From contig JANOQI010000011.1 of NCBI GenBank assembly GCA_031414775.1, forward strand, positions 30,188 to 94,187: DNA of 64,000 nucleotides, written 5' to 3'. Positions 52,842-63,521 of this stretch are shown in pieces. The DNA is from Synechococcales cyanobacterium VAR_4_metabat_354. GTDB taxonomy: Bacteria > Cyanobacteriota > Cyanobacteriia > Cyanobacteriales > Chamaesiphonaceae. The translations under genes and the position numbers were made by a program. The notes under the pieces were generated by a model. That model saw nothing but the letters and a program-made list of their open reading frames with translations, made no database searches and was not told where the DNA came from. Each line of letters begins with the position of its first letter. Positions within the stretch are counted from its first letter, which is position 1.

Positions 52842-54014
52842 ATGGCAACAGTAAAATTCGATCATGTTTTCAAGATTTATGCTAATGGTCACAGCGCCAT
52901 TAAAGACTTATGTCTAGAAATTGCTGACGGTGAATTTCTCGTTTTTGTTGGTCCTTCCGGTTGTGGCAAGTCCACCGCACTCCGGATGTTGGCGGGGTTA
53001 GAAGATATTTCCGGCGGCAAAATACTGATTGGTGATCAAGTGGTGAACGATCGAACACCGCAACAGCGCAATATTGCGATGGTCTTTCAGAACTATGCCC
53101 TTTATCCACACATGACTGTTCGTCAAAATTTAGAGTTTCCGTTGCGGATGATGAATCTGCCCCAGAACAAGATGAACGGCCTGGTGCGAGAAGCGGTAGA
53201 TAAACTAGGATTAAATGAGTTGCTCGATCGTAAGCCCAAACAACTATCTGGTGGACAGCGGCAGCGGGTAGCGATGGGACGGGCAATCGTCCGTGATCCG
53301 GCGGTATTTTTGATGGATGAACCGCTCTCTAATCTAGATGCCAAGATGCGATCGCAAATTCGGACGGAGATTACCACCCTCCAACAACGGATGGCCACAA
53401 CGACAGTGTATGTGACCCACGATCAGGTGGAAGCGATGACGATGGGCGATCGGGTGGCGGTAATGCGTGCTGGTCAGCTGCAACAGATTAGCTCGCCGCA
53501 AGACCTCTATGACAAACCCACCAATATTTTCGTGGCGGGTTTTATTGGTTCGCCAGCTATGAACATTTTTCGGACTCGGCTACATAAAAATGAGCAGGGA
53601 ACTTTTATGATTAATTTTGGTGAACAATTCTTAAAGATAGGAGTAGCCACAGTTAGTCGTTACCCACAGTTAGAAAGGTATTGCGATCAGCCAATTCTGG
53701 TGGGTCTGCGACCAGAAGCTTTTACCGTTGCATCGCCCCCGGCGAATAGCTCAATTTCAGTTGATGTGCAAACGGTGGAAGCCCTAGGTCATGAAATGAT
53801 TATTCATGCAGTAGCTCCGATCGACAAAATCGACACCGATGATCAGTCTGGTGAATCAAATGGGGGGCGACAGCTCAGTGCTGAGGGGCAGCATAGTTCG
53901 ATATTGACCGCTCGGGTGGCTTCATCCCGCACAATTCAAGCAGGGCATCGGCTGAATTTAAGTGTGGATGACAGCCAGATGTATTTGTTCTCGATCGATG
54001 GTGAAAGAATTTAG
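52842..54014 (+). CDS. carbohydrate ABC transporter ATPase (MalK/UgpC-like)
   Basis: [31 protein letters not shown] and DEPLSNLDA motifs; start moved to ATG 52842. Confidence 0.94.
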   Translation: MATVKFDHVFKIYANGHSAIKDLCLEIADGEFLVFVGPSGCGKSTALRMLAGLEDISGGKILIGDQVVNDRTPQQRNIAMVFQNYALYPHMTVRQNLEFPLRMMNLPQNKMNGLVREAVDKLGLNELLDRKPKQLSGGQRQRVAMGRAIVRDPAVFLMDEPLSNLDAKMRSQIRTEITTLQQRMATTTVYVTHDQVEAMTMGDRVAVMRAGQLQQISSPQDLYDKPTNIFVAGFIGSPAMNIFRTRLHKNEQGTFMINFGEQFLKIGVATVSRYPQLERYCDQPILVGLRPEAFTVASPPANSSISVDVQTVEALGHEMIIHAVAPIDKIDTDDQSGESNGGRQLSAEGQHSSILTARVASSRTIQAGHRLNLSVDDSQMYLFSIDGERI

Positions 54015-54024
54015 TAAGGCTTGG

Positions 54025-55380
54025 TTAGATGGGTTGATTCAAACACTGCTGAATAAATCGCTCCGGCAACTGCCGACCAGCGCCCCAATGCAAATGCAAA
54101 TAAGAAGCATGAAGTTGCGGCAAATGCCAACCCTCCCATAAATCTCCCCCAGGCGACATCACAGTCAACACCCGTCGCTGCATCTGAAACAAAGGACTGG
54201 TTGATTCGATCGATAGACTCGATCGATGAAATTCATGGCCCCGCACCATCTCCCCCTGCACCAACAATGGCGTATCCGCCTGCGCCACCGCCGTCCGATA
54301 ACCCAATGTCAACCGCTTTCCCATCCGTGCCTGCGTCGGCAACATCCCCACCATTGGAAAACTACCACCCTCAAAATCCACGATCGATTCCGTCAGATAC
54401 ATCAATCCCCCACATTCCGCATAAGTCGGCATCCCCGCCAAAACTCTCGATCGCACGGTTGCCCGCATTAGCCCATTTTCCGCCAACTGCGCCGCAAACA
54501 TCTCCGGGAAACCACCGCCAAAGTACAGCCCTTGCACCTCCGGCAACACCTCATCTCGCAGCGGACTCCAATAACATAACTCCGCTCCTAACGACTCCAG
54601 AATCTCCAAATTCTCAGCATAGTAAAAGCTGAAAGCTTCGTCCCGCGCCACCCCAATTTTCACCCGTGGTGCCGCCGGAGCGGAGATAGAGATCGGAGTC
54701 GGAGTCACCTGCAATAACGGCAGCAATTTTTCCCAATCAAAGCACTGTTGACCAATCGCCGCTAACCTACCGACTATTTCCCACAACTCTGGCAACTCAT
54801 CAGTGGGCACTAATCCTAGATACCTATCGGGTAGACTAATGGCATCTTCCCGTCGAAACACTCCCAAAATTGGAATCTGAAAAGGAGCCAAAGCCGCTGT
54901 CAAAATTTCCAGATGTCGATCACTACCTACCCGATTCAGCACTAATCCAGCAATTTGTAGTTGTGAATCAAAACTACAATAACCCTGCACCAACGCCGCC
55001 ACCGATTGTGACATACTCTGACAATTCACCACTAACAATACTGGTAAATTTAGCTGCCGTGCTACCTGGGCTGTACTGCCGTAACCGGGTGGATCAACCG
55101 CACCGTCAAATAGTCCCATCACTCCTTCCACCACGGCCAGTGATACATCCTGAGTGTGGCTAGCAAAACACTGGGGCAGATACTCCGCTGAAGTCAGCAC
55201 CATATCTAAGTTGTAGCAAGGGCGACCAGTAACATGGGCATGAAACATCGGGTCGATGTAGTCTGGACCAACCTTAAAGGACTGCACCGGCTGACCCTTG
55301 GCTCTGAGCGCCGCCAAAAGTGCTAAGGTAATGGTTGTTTTGCCACTGCCACTGCGTTCCCCCGCAATTACTACCGCCAT
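54025..55380 (-). CDS. cobB: cobyrinate a,c-diamide synthase
   Basis: SGSGKTT, FKVGPDYIDP, EGVMGLFDG, AECGGLMYL and GHEFH motifs. Confidence 0.95.
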   Translation of the reverse strand: MAVVIAGERSGSGKTTITLALLAALRAKGQPVQSFKVGPDYIDPMFHAHVTGRPCYNLDMVLTSAEYLPQCFASHTQDVSLAVVEGVMGLFDGAVDPPGYGSTAQVARQLNLPVLLVVNCQSMSQSVAALVQGYCSFDSQLQIAGLVLNRVGSDRHLEILTAALAPFQIPILGVFRREDAISLPDRYLGLVPTDELPELWEIVGRLAAIGQQCFDWEKLLPLLQVTPTPISISAPAAPRVKIGVARDEAFSFYYAENLEILESLGAELCYWSPLRDEVLPEVQGLYFGGGFPEMFAAQLAENGLMRATVRSRVLAGMPTYAECGGLMYLTESIVDFEGGSFPMVGMLPTQARMGKRLTLGYRTAVAQADTPLLVQGEMVRGHEFHRSSLSIESTSPLFQMQRRVLTVMSPGGDLWEGWHLPQLHASYLHLHWGAGRQLPERFIQQCLNQPI

Positions 55381-55437
55381 TTGTTCTAGCCTCCGGTTTC
55401 TCCAGCCCAATCGTGGCACACTTTACCGAAATTCGCT

Positions 55438-56325
55438 ATGCTGCAACGTTTTTTTACTGCCGACCGTGCTCAAAAACTCACTCCTTATTTGTTTCTGGCT
55501 CCAGCCTTGGTAGGACTGGGGTTAACTGTTTTCTTCCCAGCTCTGCAAGCTTTTTACCTGAGCTTCAATTCCTACAACATTTTTGATGGCAGCACCACTT
55601 GGACGGGCTTGGAAAACTTTAATAGGTTGATGCAAGACCAAGTATTTTGGCAGACGGTGCGCAATACCTTGTTGTATTTATTGTTTGTAGTGCCAGCCTT
55701 AGTTTTTCTACCTTTAGCATTAGCGATCGCCGTCAACCAAAAGCTGATGGGAATTAGTTGGTTTAGAGCCGCTTACTATGTGCCAGTGCTAATTTCGATG
55801 GTAGTGGCAGGGATTGCCTGGAAGTTTATTTATGCGGAGAATGGCTTGCTGAACCAATTGCTGCAAGCGATTCATCTACCGCCCGTGGAGTGGCTCACCA
55901 GTCCTTCGATCGCATTGTTCAGTGTGATGATCGTGACGATTTGGAAGGGTTTGGGTTATTACATGGTGATTTATTTAGCTGGTTTGCAATCGATACCCGC
56001 TGATTTGTACGAGGCGGCGGCGATCGATGGAGTGGATGGAGTAGCTAAGCATTGGGATATTACGATTCCGTTGATGCGTCCTTATATGGCTTTGGTGGCA
56101 GTAGTGTCGGCGATCGCGGCTACCAAGGTATTTGAAGAGGTGTATGTGATGACTCAAGGTGGTCCGCGCAATAGCTCGAAAACTGTTGTGTATTATCTCT
56201 ATCAGCAAGCTTTTGGCAGTGATCAAAATTTGAGCTATGCCTGTACGATCGGGCTGGTGTTGTTTCTGGTAATTTTAGTATTGTCGATTATTAATCTTAA
56301 ACTTTCTGATGGCAAGGTAATGTAA
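55438..56325 (+). CDS. stand-alone sugar ABC transporter permease (LacF-like)
   Basis: PYLFLAPA, WKGLGYYM and LYEAAAIDG motifs. Confidence 0.9.
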   Translation: MLQRFFTADRAQKLTPYLFLAPALVGLGLTVFFPALQAFYLSFNSYNIFDGSTTWTGLENFNRLMQDQVFWQTVRNTLLYLLFVVPALVFLPLALAIAVNQKLMGISWFRAAYYVPVLISMVVAGIAWKFIYAENGLLNQLLQAIHLPPVEWLTSPSIALFSVMIVTIWKGLGYYMVIYLAGLQSIPADLYEAAAIDGVDGVAKHWDITIPLMRPYMALVAVVSAIAATKVFEEVYVMTQGGPRNSSKTVVYYLYQQAFGSDQNLSYACTIGLVLFLVILVLSIINLKLSDGKVM

Positions 56326-56362
56326 AAATCAGTCGATCAAGATGATGAGCAAGCTACCAGAA

Positions 56363-56530
56363 TCAATGATTCCCAAGATAGCGACTTCTTTCCGCTAGTC
56401 TCTCAGGACTATTGAGTTTTAATAATTGCACTGTGGTTCTGCCAATTGGTGTTAATCCTACAATTGATAGCTCTTGCATCTCAAAATGTTGCGACCATCT
56501 ATCACGCCGAGGATAAAACAGGAAAGAAAA
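56363..56530 (-). pseudogene. C-terminal remnant of an HNH endonuclease
   Basis: Minus frame FYPRRDRWSQHFE...IVGLTPIGRTTVQLLKLNSPERLAER matches the tail of a common small cyanobacterial HNH family; no start codon, CxxC or HNH core. Confidence 0.72.
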
Positions 56531-56531
56531 C

Positions 56532-56873
56532 TCACCATGACTTCAGCATGATGATCAAGTGTTCTATTCTTTCATATTCATTGAGTTCTTGTTCTTCGGC
56601 AGAGTTCAATTGCCCGTTAGCAGACTTAGCGAGTAAATCTTTTAGTCTTTCTTGCATTTCAATAGTGGGCTTGAATTGCATGACTTCATCATGTGTGGGA
56701 TTGCTCACGATAAAATTTAAAACGTACTGATCAATACCTGTAGGTGATCTGTCAGCTATTAACCCTAAACGCAATAACTCTGGCAATCTTTTTTCTAGAG
56801 TATCTTAACCATTGGCCTCTTTGATAATTTCTCCCAGCAGACTATCGGGAAGCTCTACAGTAATCTTTGCCAT
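56532..56873 (-). pseudogene. antitoxin-like HNH partner gene interrupted by an in-frame stop
   Basis: ATG 56873 gives MAKITVELPDSLLGEIIKEANG, then TAA at codon 23 (56807-56805), then the same frame continues DTLEKRLPELL...NPTHDEV...QERLKDLL...EHLIIMLK. Confidence 0.72.
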
Positions 56874-57000
56874 TTTTTATTCCTTATCTAAGGTAATGGA
56901 TTTCCCTATTTTAGCTTGGTGTAGATATTTGGCACATGTAAGTAACGACAACTATCGTCCGAACCTACCCCTACGAGGTTAATGTTCGATCGAGCTTCAT

Positions 57001-57032
57001 TTAGTTTATACTAAACTTAGTCTGTAAACTAA
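57001..57032. promoter_or_regulatory. palindromic operator/promoter of the TA operon
   Basis: TTAGTTTA...TAAACTAA outer arms with an inner CTAA-AC-TTAG palindrome, overlapping a TATACT -10-like hexamer (57007-57012), 10 nt before the antitoxin ATG. Confidence 0.6.
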
Positions 57033-57042
57033 GTCATTACTT

Positions 57043-57291
57043 ATGGATACCGTCAATATTCATCAAGCTAAAACCCATCTATCCCAACTACTGTCGCGAG
57101 TAGAACTAGGTGAAGAGATCGTTATTGCCAATCGTGGTGTGCCAGTCGCTAAACTAGTACCGATCAAGACCAAGAATATCGATCGGCGGAGTAGCATGGG
57201 GATCGATCGAGAATTATTCCAAGTACCCCCCGATTTCAACGATTCCCTACCAGCAGAATTACTAGCAGCCTTTGAGGGAGAAGAAGTTTGA
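57043..57291 (+). CDS. Phd/YefM family antitoxin
   Basis: VNIHQAKTHLSQLL..VE.GEEIVIANRGVPVAKLVP. Confidence 0.93.
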   Translation: MDTVNIHQAKTHLSQLLSRVELGEEIVIANRGVPVAKLVPIKTKNIDRRSSMGIDRELFQVPPDFNDSLPAELLAAFEGEEV

Positions 57292-57683
57292 AATTGTTGC
57301 TAGATACTCAATGCCTATTATGGTGGTTCACCGCACCAGAGAAATTGAACCCAGAAGCGATCGAGCAAATAGTCGATCAAAACAACAAACTGTTTTTCTC
57401 AGTAGCGAGTACCTGGGAAATTGCTATTAAAGTAGGTATCGGAAAATTGCCCATTACCGAATCCGTTGAAACCTATATAGCTAGTCGGGTACAGCTATTA
57501 GATGCCCAGTATTTAGACATCATTTTCCCTCATGCTTGTCGGGTAGCAACATTACCCTTATTGCACCGCGATCCTTTCGACAGAATACTGGTAGCACAAA
57601 CCCAGATTGAGAAGATGACACTAGTGACAGCAGATCAGATTTTGACTCAATACCCGATTGATTGCTTATGGGCGAAAGCGTAA
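57288..57683 (+). CDS. vapC: VapC (PIN domain) toxin
   Basis: LLLDT, SVASTWEIAIK, HRDPFDRILVAQ and LVTAD motifs; overlaps the antitoxin by 4 nt. Confidence 0.93.
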   Translation: MKLLLDTQCLLWWFTAPEKLNPEAIEQIVDQNNKLFFSVASTWEIAIKVGIGKLPITESVETYIASRVQLLDAQYLDIIFPHACRVATLPLLHRDPFDRILVAQTQIEKMTLVTADQILTQYPIDCLWAKA

Positions 57684-57702
57684 GTTTATGATGCTAATGA
57701 GC

Positions 57703-58323
57703 CTACTCCGATAAACTGGCGATCGCATATCGCAACCATTCCTCCACATTCTGGCTTGCCATAATCGTCTCATTCCGGCTCACCGCTTGCAGCGCCTGCC
57801 TCACCTCCAAATCGCTATAGCCCAACGCCAACAACGTTGATTCCACCTCCGACTGCAACTTAGTATCCAAATCGCCATCTAATTCAATCAAATTCAAATC
57901 CACTACCTCCCGCCACTGTTTTAGTTTCGTCTTCAGCTCCACTGTCAGCCGCTCTGCTGTCTTGGTGCCAATCCCTGGCGTTTTGGTTAGCAACTTGGTA
58001 TTCCCCAACACAATTGCCTGCACCAACTCGGTCATCCCTAAATGGTCAATTAGCACAATCCCAATACTAGCCCCCACTCCACTGACCGTAATTAACTGCC
58101 GAAACAAATCCCGCTCCGTCACCTCTCTAAAACCATATAGCGAGGTTTGATCTTCTCTGGTTTGCTGATGGGTAAAAATCTGCACCTCCACTTGGCGCGG
58201 AAAAGTACTACTCCCAGGCACCTGTATTTCATAGCCCACGCCTTGCACCTCCAGTACCAAAATCGTCTTGGTATTACTCAGCTTTTGGACATCGGCAACT
58301 ACGCCCTTCAGGTAACTAATCAT
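57703..58323 (-). CDS. ruvA: Holliday junction branch migration protein RuvA
   Basis: MISYLKG, GVGYE, REDQ..LYGF, VSGVG, PGIGTKTAERL and LALGY motifs. Confidence 0.95.
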   Translation of the reverse strand: MISYLKGVVADVQKLSNTKTILVLEVQGVGYEIQVPGSSTFPRQVEVQIFTHQQTREDQTSLYGFREVTERDLFRQLITVSGVGASIGIVLIDHLGMTELVQAIVLGNTKLLTKTPGIGTKTAERLTVELKTKLKQWREVVDLNLIELDGDLDTKLQSEVESTLLALGYSDLEVRQALQAVSRNETIMASQNVEEWLRYAIASLSE

Positions 58324-58469
58324 TGGTAAATGCCATTGGATAAACAAATAGTGAAATTATCTAGCAAGTCCCCACCCCAAAACGGTGAAAACGCCGATTA
58401 GCAGCCAATGATACCGCTTTCATGATAAAATTGAACTAGTAATTATCAACGTCGGTAGAGAAGCATTCC

Positions 58470-61073
58470 ATGACTGACTCCCAAGAGCGGATTATTCCGA
58501 TCGATCTTCGCCAAGAAATGTCTAGCTCTTACCTGGAATACGCCATGAGCGTGATTGTCGGGCGCGCTCTCCCCGATGCCCGTGACGGCTTGAAGCCAGT
58601 CCATCGGCGGATTTTGTATGCCATGCATGAGTTGGGTCTCACCGCCGACCGGCCTTTTCGGAAATGTGCCCGGGTAGTCGGGGAAGTATTAGGGAAGTAT
58701 CATCCCCACGGCGATACCGCAGTTTATGATGCCCTAGTGCGCATGGCGCAGGACTTTTCGCTACGCAGTCCGCTAATTAATGGTCATGGAAACTTTGGAT
58801 CGATCGACAACGATCCCCCCGCTGCCATGCGGTATACTGAATCGCGCCTCCAAGCCCTGACACAAGAAGCTTTGCTACGCGACATTGAATGCGAAACCGT
58901 CGATTTTGCCGATAACTTTGATGGCTCCCAGCAAGAACCAACAGTATTGCCCGCCCGCGTGCCGCAGTTGCTGATGAATGGTTCCTCCGGGATTGCCGTC
59001 GGGATGGCCACCAACATTCCACCCCACAACTTGGGTGAAGTCATCGATGGACTCACTGCTCTTATTGCCAATCCCGAAATTACTGATCTGGAATTGATGC
59101 AATACATTCCGGGGCCAGACTTCCCTACCGGCGGGCACATTTTGGGTGTTTCGCCGATCAAAGAAGCCTACACTACTGGTCGCGGTTCGGTGGTGATGCG
59201 CGGTGTAGCTACGATCGAAACACTAGAATATCCTGGTCGTCCCGATCGCGAAGCAATTATTATCACCGAGCTACCCTTCCAGACCAACAAAGCGGCAATG
59301 ATCGAACGCATCGCCGAAATGGTCAACGAAAAGCGACTCGAAGGCATTTCCGACATTCGGGATGAGAGCGATCGCGATGGAATGCGAGTAGTGATCGAGC
59401 TGAAACGCGATGCCTATCCTCGGGTGGTGCTCAACAATCTTTATAAACAAACGCCACTGCAAAGCAATTTCGGTTGTAACATGTTGGCGATCGTCAATGG
59501 CAAACCCGAATTACTTACGCTCAAGCAGTTTCTCACGGTCTTCCTGGATTTTCGGATTATTTCGATTACCCGCCGTACCCAGTATGAACTGCGGAAAGCC
59601 GAAGAACGCGATCACTTACTTCAAGGTCTGTTGATTGCCCTCTCCAATATGGAAGCAATGATTCAGCTGATTCGGGGTTCTGCCGATACGGCTTCGGCCA
59701 AACAGGAAATGCTCGACAGGTTTCAACTTTCCGAAGTCCAAGCGGATGCAATTCTGCAAATGCAGCTGCGCCGGTTGACCGCGCTGGAATCAGACAAAAT
59801 TCATCTCGAACACGACGAACTCCAAGTCAAAATTATCGATTTTCAAGATATTTTGGCTCGTCGGGAGCGGATTCTAGAAATTATTATCACCGAAGTCACC
59901 GAAATCAAAACTGTCTTCTCCACACCCCGCCGCACCCTGATCGAGCATAGTGGCGGCGGCTTAGAAGACATTGACCTGATTGCCAACGAAAAAGCTCTGA
60001 TTTTGGTCACCGAGCAGGGTTACATCAAACGGATGCCGGTAGCGACCTTTGATGTCCAAAGTCGGGCAACGCGCGGCAAGAAGGGCACGGGCATGAAAGA
60101 TGAAGATGCGATCGAGCATTTCATTACCTGCTGTGACCACGACAGCATTCTGCTCTTCAGCGATCGAGGTGTGGTCTATCACGTTAAGGCATACCAGATT
60201 CCAGCGTCTTCTCGTACTGCCAAAGGATTGCCGCTGGTACAGATGCTACCAATTCCCCGCCACGAGAAAATCACTTCAGTGGTACCAGTCAGCGAGTTCA
60301 GTGATAACGAATATTTAGTGATGTTGACCCAAAAGGGTTTCATCAAAAAAACGGCGCTGGCTGCTTTTGCCAATATTCGGACTAACGGTCTGATTGCGAT
60401 TTCGCTAGAAGAAGGTGATCAGTTGCGCTGGGTACGAAGTGCCCGTGCCGAAGATAGTATTATCATTGGTACCAGACTGGGGATGGCTATTCACTTCCGG
60501 ACTAGTCACGACCAGTTGCGGCCTTTGGGCAGAGCCACACGCGGTGTTCGATCAATGTCGCTGAAGAAAGGCGATGAGCTGATTAGTATGGACATTCTGC
60601 CCAGCCAAGTGGTGGATGCCATTGCAGCTGCTACTGGTGAAGATTCTGCCGAGAGCGAAGTGGAAGTTGAAAGTGTGGACATAGAAGTCACTGAAAACGC
60701 CGAGACAGAAGAGATTGCAGTTGTTGCTGGCACTGGTCCTTGGGTCTTAGTTGTTACCACCAATGGTTTTGGCAAGAGAGTCCCAGTGAATCAATTCCGA
60801 CTCCAAAGACGAGCTGGGATGGGTGTGATGGCTACTAAGTTCAAGAAGAAGGGTGATCGGATTGCGGCTATTAGGGTTGTTAATGCGGATGAAGAAATGA
60901 TGATGGTCACCAGTCGAGGCATTATCATCCGGCAAGCAGTTAATGCCATTTCTCACCAATCCCGGATGGCTACTGGCGTGAGAGTCCAAAAGTTAGATAG
61001 TGATGATGCTATTTTTGCGGTGGCGCTGGTGCCGCCGGGTGAAGGTGAAAGCGAAGTAGCAGAAGAAGAATAA
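58470..61073 (+). CDS. gyrA: DNA gyrase subunit A
   Basis: [23 protein letters not shown] and AAMRYTE motifs; GyrA-box-like QSRATRG; acidic tail. Confidence 0.96.
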   Translation: MTDSQERIIPIDLRQEMSSSYLEYAMSVIVGRALPDARDGLKPVHRRILYAMHELGLTADRPFRKCARVVGEVLGKYHPHGDTAVYDALVRMAQDFSLRSPLINGHGNFGSIDNDPPAAMRYTESRLQALTQEALLRDIECETVDFADNFDGSQQEPTVLPARVPQLLMNGSSGIAVGMATNIPPHNLGEVIDGLTALIANPEITDLELMQYIPGPDFPTGGHILGVSPIKEAYTTGRGSVVMRGVATIETLEYPGRPDREAIIITELPFQTNKAAMIERIAEMVNEKRLEGISDIRDESDRDGMRVVIELKRDAYPRVVLNNLYKQTPLQSNFGCNMLAIVNGKPELLTLKQFLTVFLDFRIISITRRTQYELRKAEERDHLLQGLLIALSNMEAMIQLIRGSADTASAKQEMLDRFQLSEVQADAILQMQLRRLTALESDKIHLEHDELQVKIIDFQDILARRERILEIIITEVTEIKTVFSTPRRTLIEHSGGGLEDIDLIANEKALILVTEQGYIKRMPVATFDVQSRATRGKKGTGMKDEDAIEHFITCCDHDSILLFSDRGVVYHVKAYQIPASSRTAKGLPLVQMLPIPRHEKITSVVPVSEFSDNEYLVMLTQKGFIKKTALAAFANIRTNGLIAISLEEGDQLRWVRSARAEDSIIIGTRLGMAIHFRTSHDQLRPLGRATRGVRSMSLKKGDELISMDILPSQVVDAIAAATGEDSAESEVEVESVDIEVTENAETEEIAVVAGTGPWVLVVTTNGFGKRVPVNQFRLQRRAGMGVMATKFKKKGDRIAAIRVVNADEEMMMVTSRGIIIRQAVNAISHQSRMATGVRVQKLDSDDAIFAVALVPPGEGESEVAEEE

Positions 61074-61180
61074 AATCCTTGATCTAGAAAATCGCTATCT
61101 CGGTTCCGCAGAAACAAAGCTATGGAACTCAGCAAATCATAGTTAATATTGTTGTCGATGCATCCATAGCAAGATCTTGC

Positions 61181-61236
61181 GGCAATACAAAAGGCTGCCA
61201 CTTATCCTCTGTCCAATGGCAGCCTTTTGTATTGCC
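61181..61236. repeat. perfect 20-bp inverted repeat with a 16-nt spacer between convergent genes
   Basis: GGCAATACAAAAGGCTGCCA (61181-61200) and TGGCAGCCTTTTGTATTGCC (61217-61236). Confidence 0.95.
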
Positions 61237-61284
61237 AGCGCCTGGGTTTCATAGTAGATGGTCACCTTAGGGCTATTTCGTCTA

Positions 61285-62532
61285 TTAAGAATTCTTTAAG
61301 CTGGTGATACTGGCTTTGGTTAAAGCTGGTACGATACGCTGACTGGCCATTCTGGCTCCAGATAAATTGCGGGCAGTCGGACCCACCCGCAGGGCGGCTA
61401 GTCCCCCCATGATAAATACCTGACTCCCTGGCCACCGTAAATGATCTTCGAGGATTGGTAAGCCGCCTATGATTTCGGTGGGATAAGTTGCTTGGAGTTC
61501 TGATAATAATGGTTCAGCGCTGGCATGGAGCTGGGTACCAGTGGCTAACCAAATGCGATCGAATTCCAACTGCTGACCATGGTGGCAAGTTACCAACCAG
61601 TTCTGATCTTGCCAAGTGGCTTGCTGCACTTCACAGTTTTCTAAGAAACATAGCTGACCTGCTTTTTCGGCGGAGCGAAGTTGGTTCATAATCGCGGGAG
61701 TGAGCGAACCCCCGTTGCGAGCATTTTTAATCATTTTCCACCGTTCTGCCCAGTCCTGGTTAGCTTCAAAGTCCTTCAGATACCTAGGACCTAGCCAGCC
61801 CGGATCGGCATCAAATAGTTTGGCGTAAAACTCGCGCCGGTGCATCATGGTCACCTGAGCACCTGCCGCCAGCACCCCGATCGCTAGGTGGCCACTGGTT
61901 AAGCCACCGCCGATAATTAAAATTCGCTCTCTAGGGGCTGAAATCTGGGCTAGGTCGATGTGGCTAGAGTGCTGCAATCGCTGATCTTGATTTGCTGGCG
62001 AAGAGTCATCTAGATAGTGAATTTTGGCATCGATCGCCCACTCTGGCCAATAGGGCGTGCCCCCACGATGAGCTAAAACAACCCGCCGCGCTCTAATTGA
62101 TTTGCCATTACTGAGCCACAATTGATAGCCCCGTTCCAATATTTCTAGATGGACGACCTGAGCGGCATAGGTTTTAGTCGCGAGGTGCCAGCGTTGCACC
62201 AATTCCGTACAAAAATCTTGAAATATCTGAGTACCGGGTAAATCGTAGGGGTTAAATAATTCAGAGCGGCGGTTTTCGGCAAAGCTGCTCAGAGCATGAG
62301 GATTCGGATCGGGCTGATGTACCACGGGCGATCGCAGATGGGGGATTTGCAATGCCTGGAACTGTCTCGCCCAACCATGCAGCCAAATACCACTAGGATC
62401 GAAAACCAAAAATTTATGGTAAAACTTCTTACTTTTTTGAATGAGGTGTGTGGCTAAGGTCAGAGCCTGAGGGCCACTGCCGACGATAGCCGTATCAATA
62501 TAGGTGGGCAGTGCGAGCTGGTCAAGAGTCAT
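61285..62532 (-). CDS. FAD/NAD(P)-dependent oxidoreductase
   Basis: IVGSGPQA, HLRSP, IIGGGLTSGH, WLATG and GPTARNL.GA motifs. Confidence 0.88.
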   Translation of the reverse strand: MTLDQLALPTYIDTAIVGSGPQALTLATHLIQKSKKFYHKFLVFDPSGIWLHGWARQFQALQIPHLRSPVVHQPDPNPHALSSFAENRRSELFNPYDLPGTQIFQDFCTELVQRWHLATKTYAAQVVHLEILERGYQLWLSNGKSIRARRVVLAHRGGTPYWPEWAIDAKIHYLDDSSPANQDQRLQHSSHIDLAQISAPRERILIIGGGLTSGHLAIGVLAAGAQVTMMHRREFYAKLFDADPGWLGPRYLKDFEANQDWAERWKMIKNARNGGSLTPAIMNQLRSAEKAGQLCFLENCEVQQATWQDQNWLVTCHHGQQLEFDRIWLATGTQLHASAEPLLSELQATYPTEIIGGLPILEDHLRWPGSQVFIMGGLAALRVGPTARNLSGARMASQRIVPALTKASITSLKNS

Positions 62533-62555
62533 GGTAATCGAGTAAGATACAAGAA

Positions 62556-62570
62556 TGATAATCATTATCA
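62556..62570. promoter_or_regulatory. Zur (FurB) box
   Basis: TGATAAT-C-ATTATCA is an exact match to the cyanobacterial Zur 7-1-7 palindrome TGATAATNATTATCA, between divergent genes typical of the zinc-starvation regulon. Confidence 0.85.
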
Positions 62571-62765
62571 CTCTAACGTAGTTTATTTCCAAAACTCCCA
62601 TGTCTAGATATCTGTTTCGCCAAAACTCTCAACTATCACCACCTGCTGCTCAGAAGTGGTCAGCGATCATTGCTCATAACTGGGATGAAGTTTGGAAAAT
62701 CATGATTGACCGCAGTACGCAGCATTCTAAATTGTCATAATTTTGTCCTCGATTCTCTAGAAATA

Positions 62766-63521
62766 ATGAAAAAATCCAATATTATTGCCGTGGCCGGGGC
62801 GGCTGGAGTGGGAAAAACCACTTGGATTGCCCAGCAACTGTCTACGATTAACACAGCACTACTTTATATCTGTCCGCAGACGGCAGCCCTGCCGATCGAT
62901 CGGACGCGACTGTCTACGGAGTTTCCGGAATTAGTCATTTTAGCTGACGAACAAATAGATCAATTACAGCACATCGACCCTAGCACCACGGCTTATATCG
63001 AAGTGGGGTTTCACCTCAGCCTGGAAACCACCACATCACTACTAGCCGGCCGGGATATTTATAAAGTGGCGATAGTTTCCCCCAGCTCTGTGGATACCGA
63101 ATGGCACGGCTGGGCAGATACTCTCGAAATAGGTCAAGTTTTATCGCCAACTACTCCCCAGGATCTGTGGCGATCGAATCTAACCAGTCAAGTTTTGGAT
63201 CCGGCCAGTCTCGATATGCTGTGGTACGAGCTAACCCACGGCGCTTATGGCACAGTCCAAAGAGTTAAAGGGATTTATGATTTGGCCGATGGTCGCTCTT
63301 TTTATTTTGATTTTGTGGCTGGTCAGGAGAGTACGTACCAAGAATTAAACTTACCACCATGGTTAGATGGCCGCCCCGATCGCTTTAGTGGAATGGAAGT
63401 AATTGGGGTAAATCTCGATCGAGATGCCATCGGCGATACTTTGCGGGGTTGCTGCCTTAGTACGGAAGCGATCGCCTACTACCAAGAACAAAATAGACAG
63501 CCATTAATGGAGCCAGCCTAA
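62766..63521 (+). CDS. COG0523/CobW-related P-loop protein (divergent)
   Basis: Walker A GAAGVGKTT; C-terminal CobW_C-like segment YGTVQRVKGI...MEVIGVNLD. Confidence 0.7.
   Translation: MKKSNIIAVAGAAGVGKTTWIAQQLSTINTALLYICPQTAALPIDRTRLSTEFPELVILADEQIDQLQHIDPSTTAYIEVGFHLSLETTTSLLAGRDIYKVAIVSPSSVDTEWHGWADTLEIGQVLSPTTPQDLWRSNLTSQVLDPASLDMLWYELTHGAYGTVQRVKGIYDLADGRSFYFDFVAGQESTYQELNLPPWLDGRPDRFSGMEVIGVNLDRDAIGDTLRGCCLSTEAIAYYQEQNRQPLMEPA

Noticed and set aside
54201..54632. Pro-rich 143-aa plus-strand ORF
   Set aside because: Antisense to cobB; its composition follows from the G-rich cobB coding strand.
60620..60735. Acidic insertion in the GyrA C-terminal domain as an intein or novel domain
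   Set aside because: Short, low-complexity and without intein termini; such acidic loops are usual in cyanobacterial GyrA.
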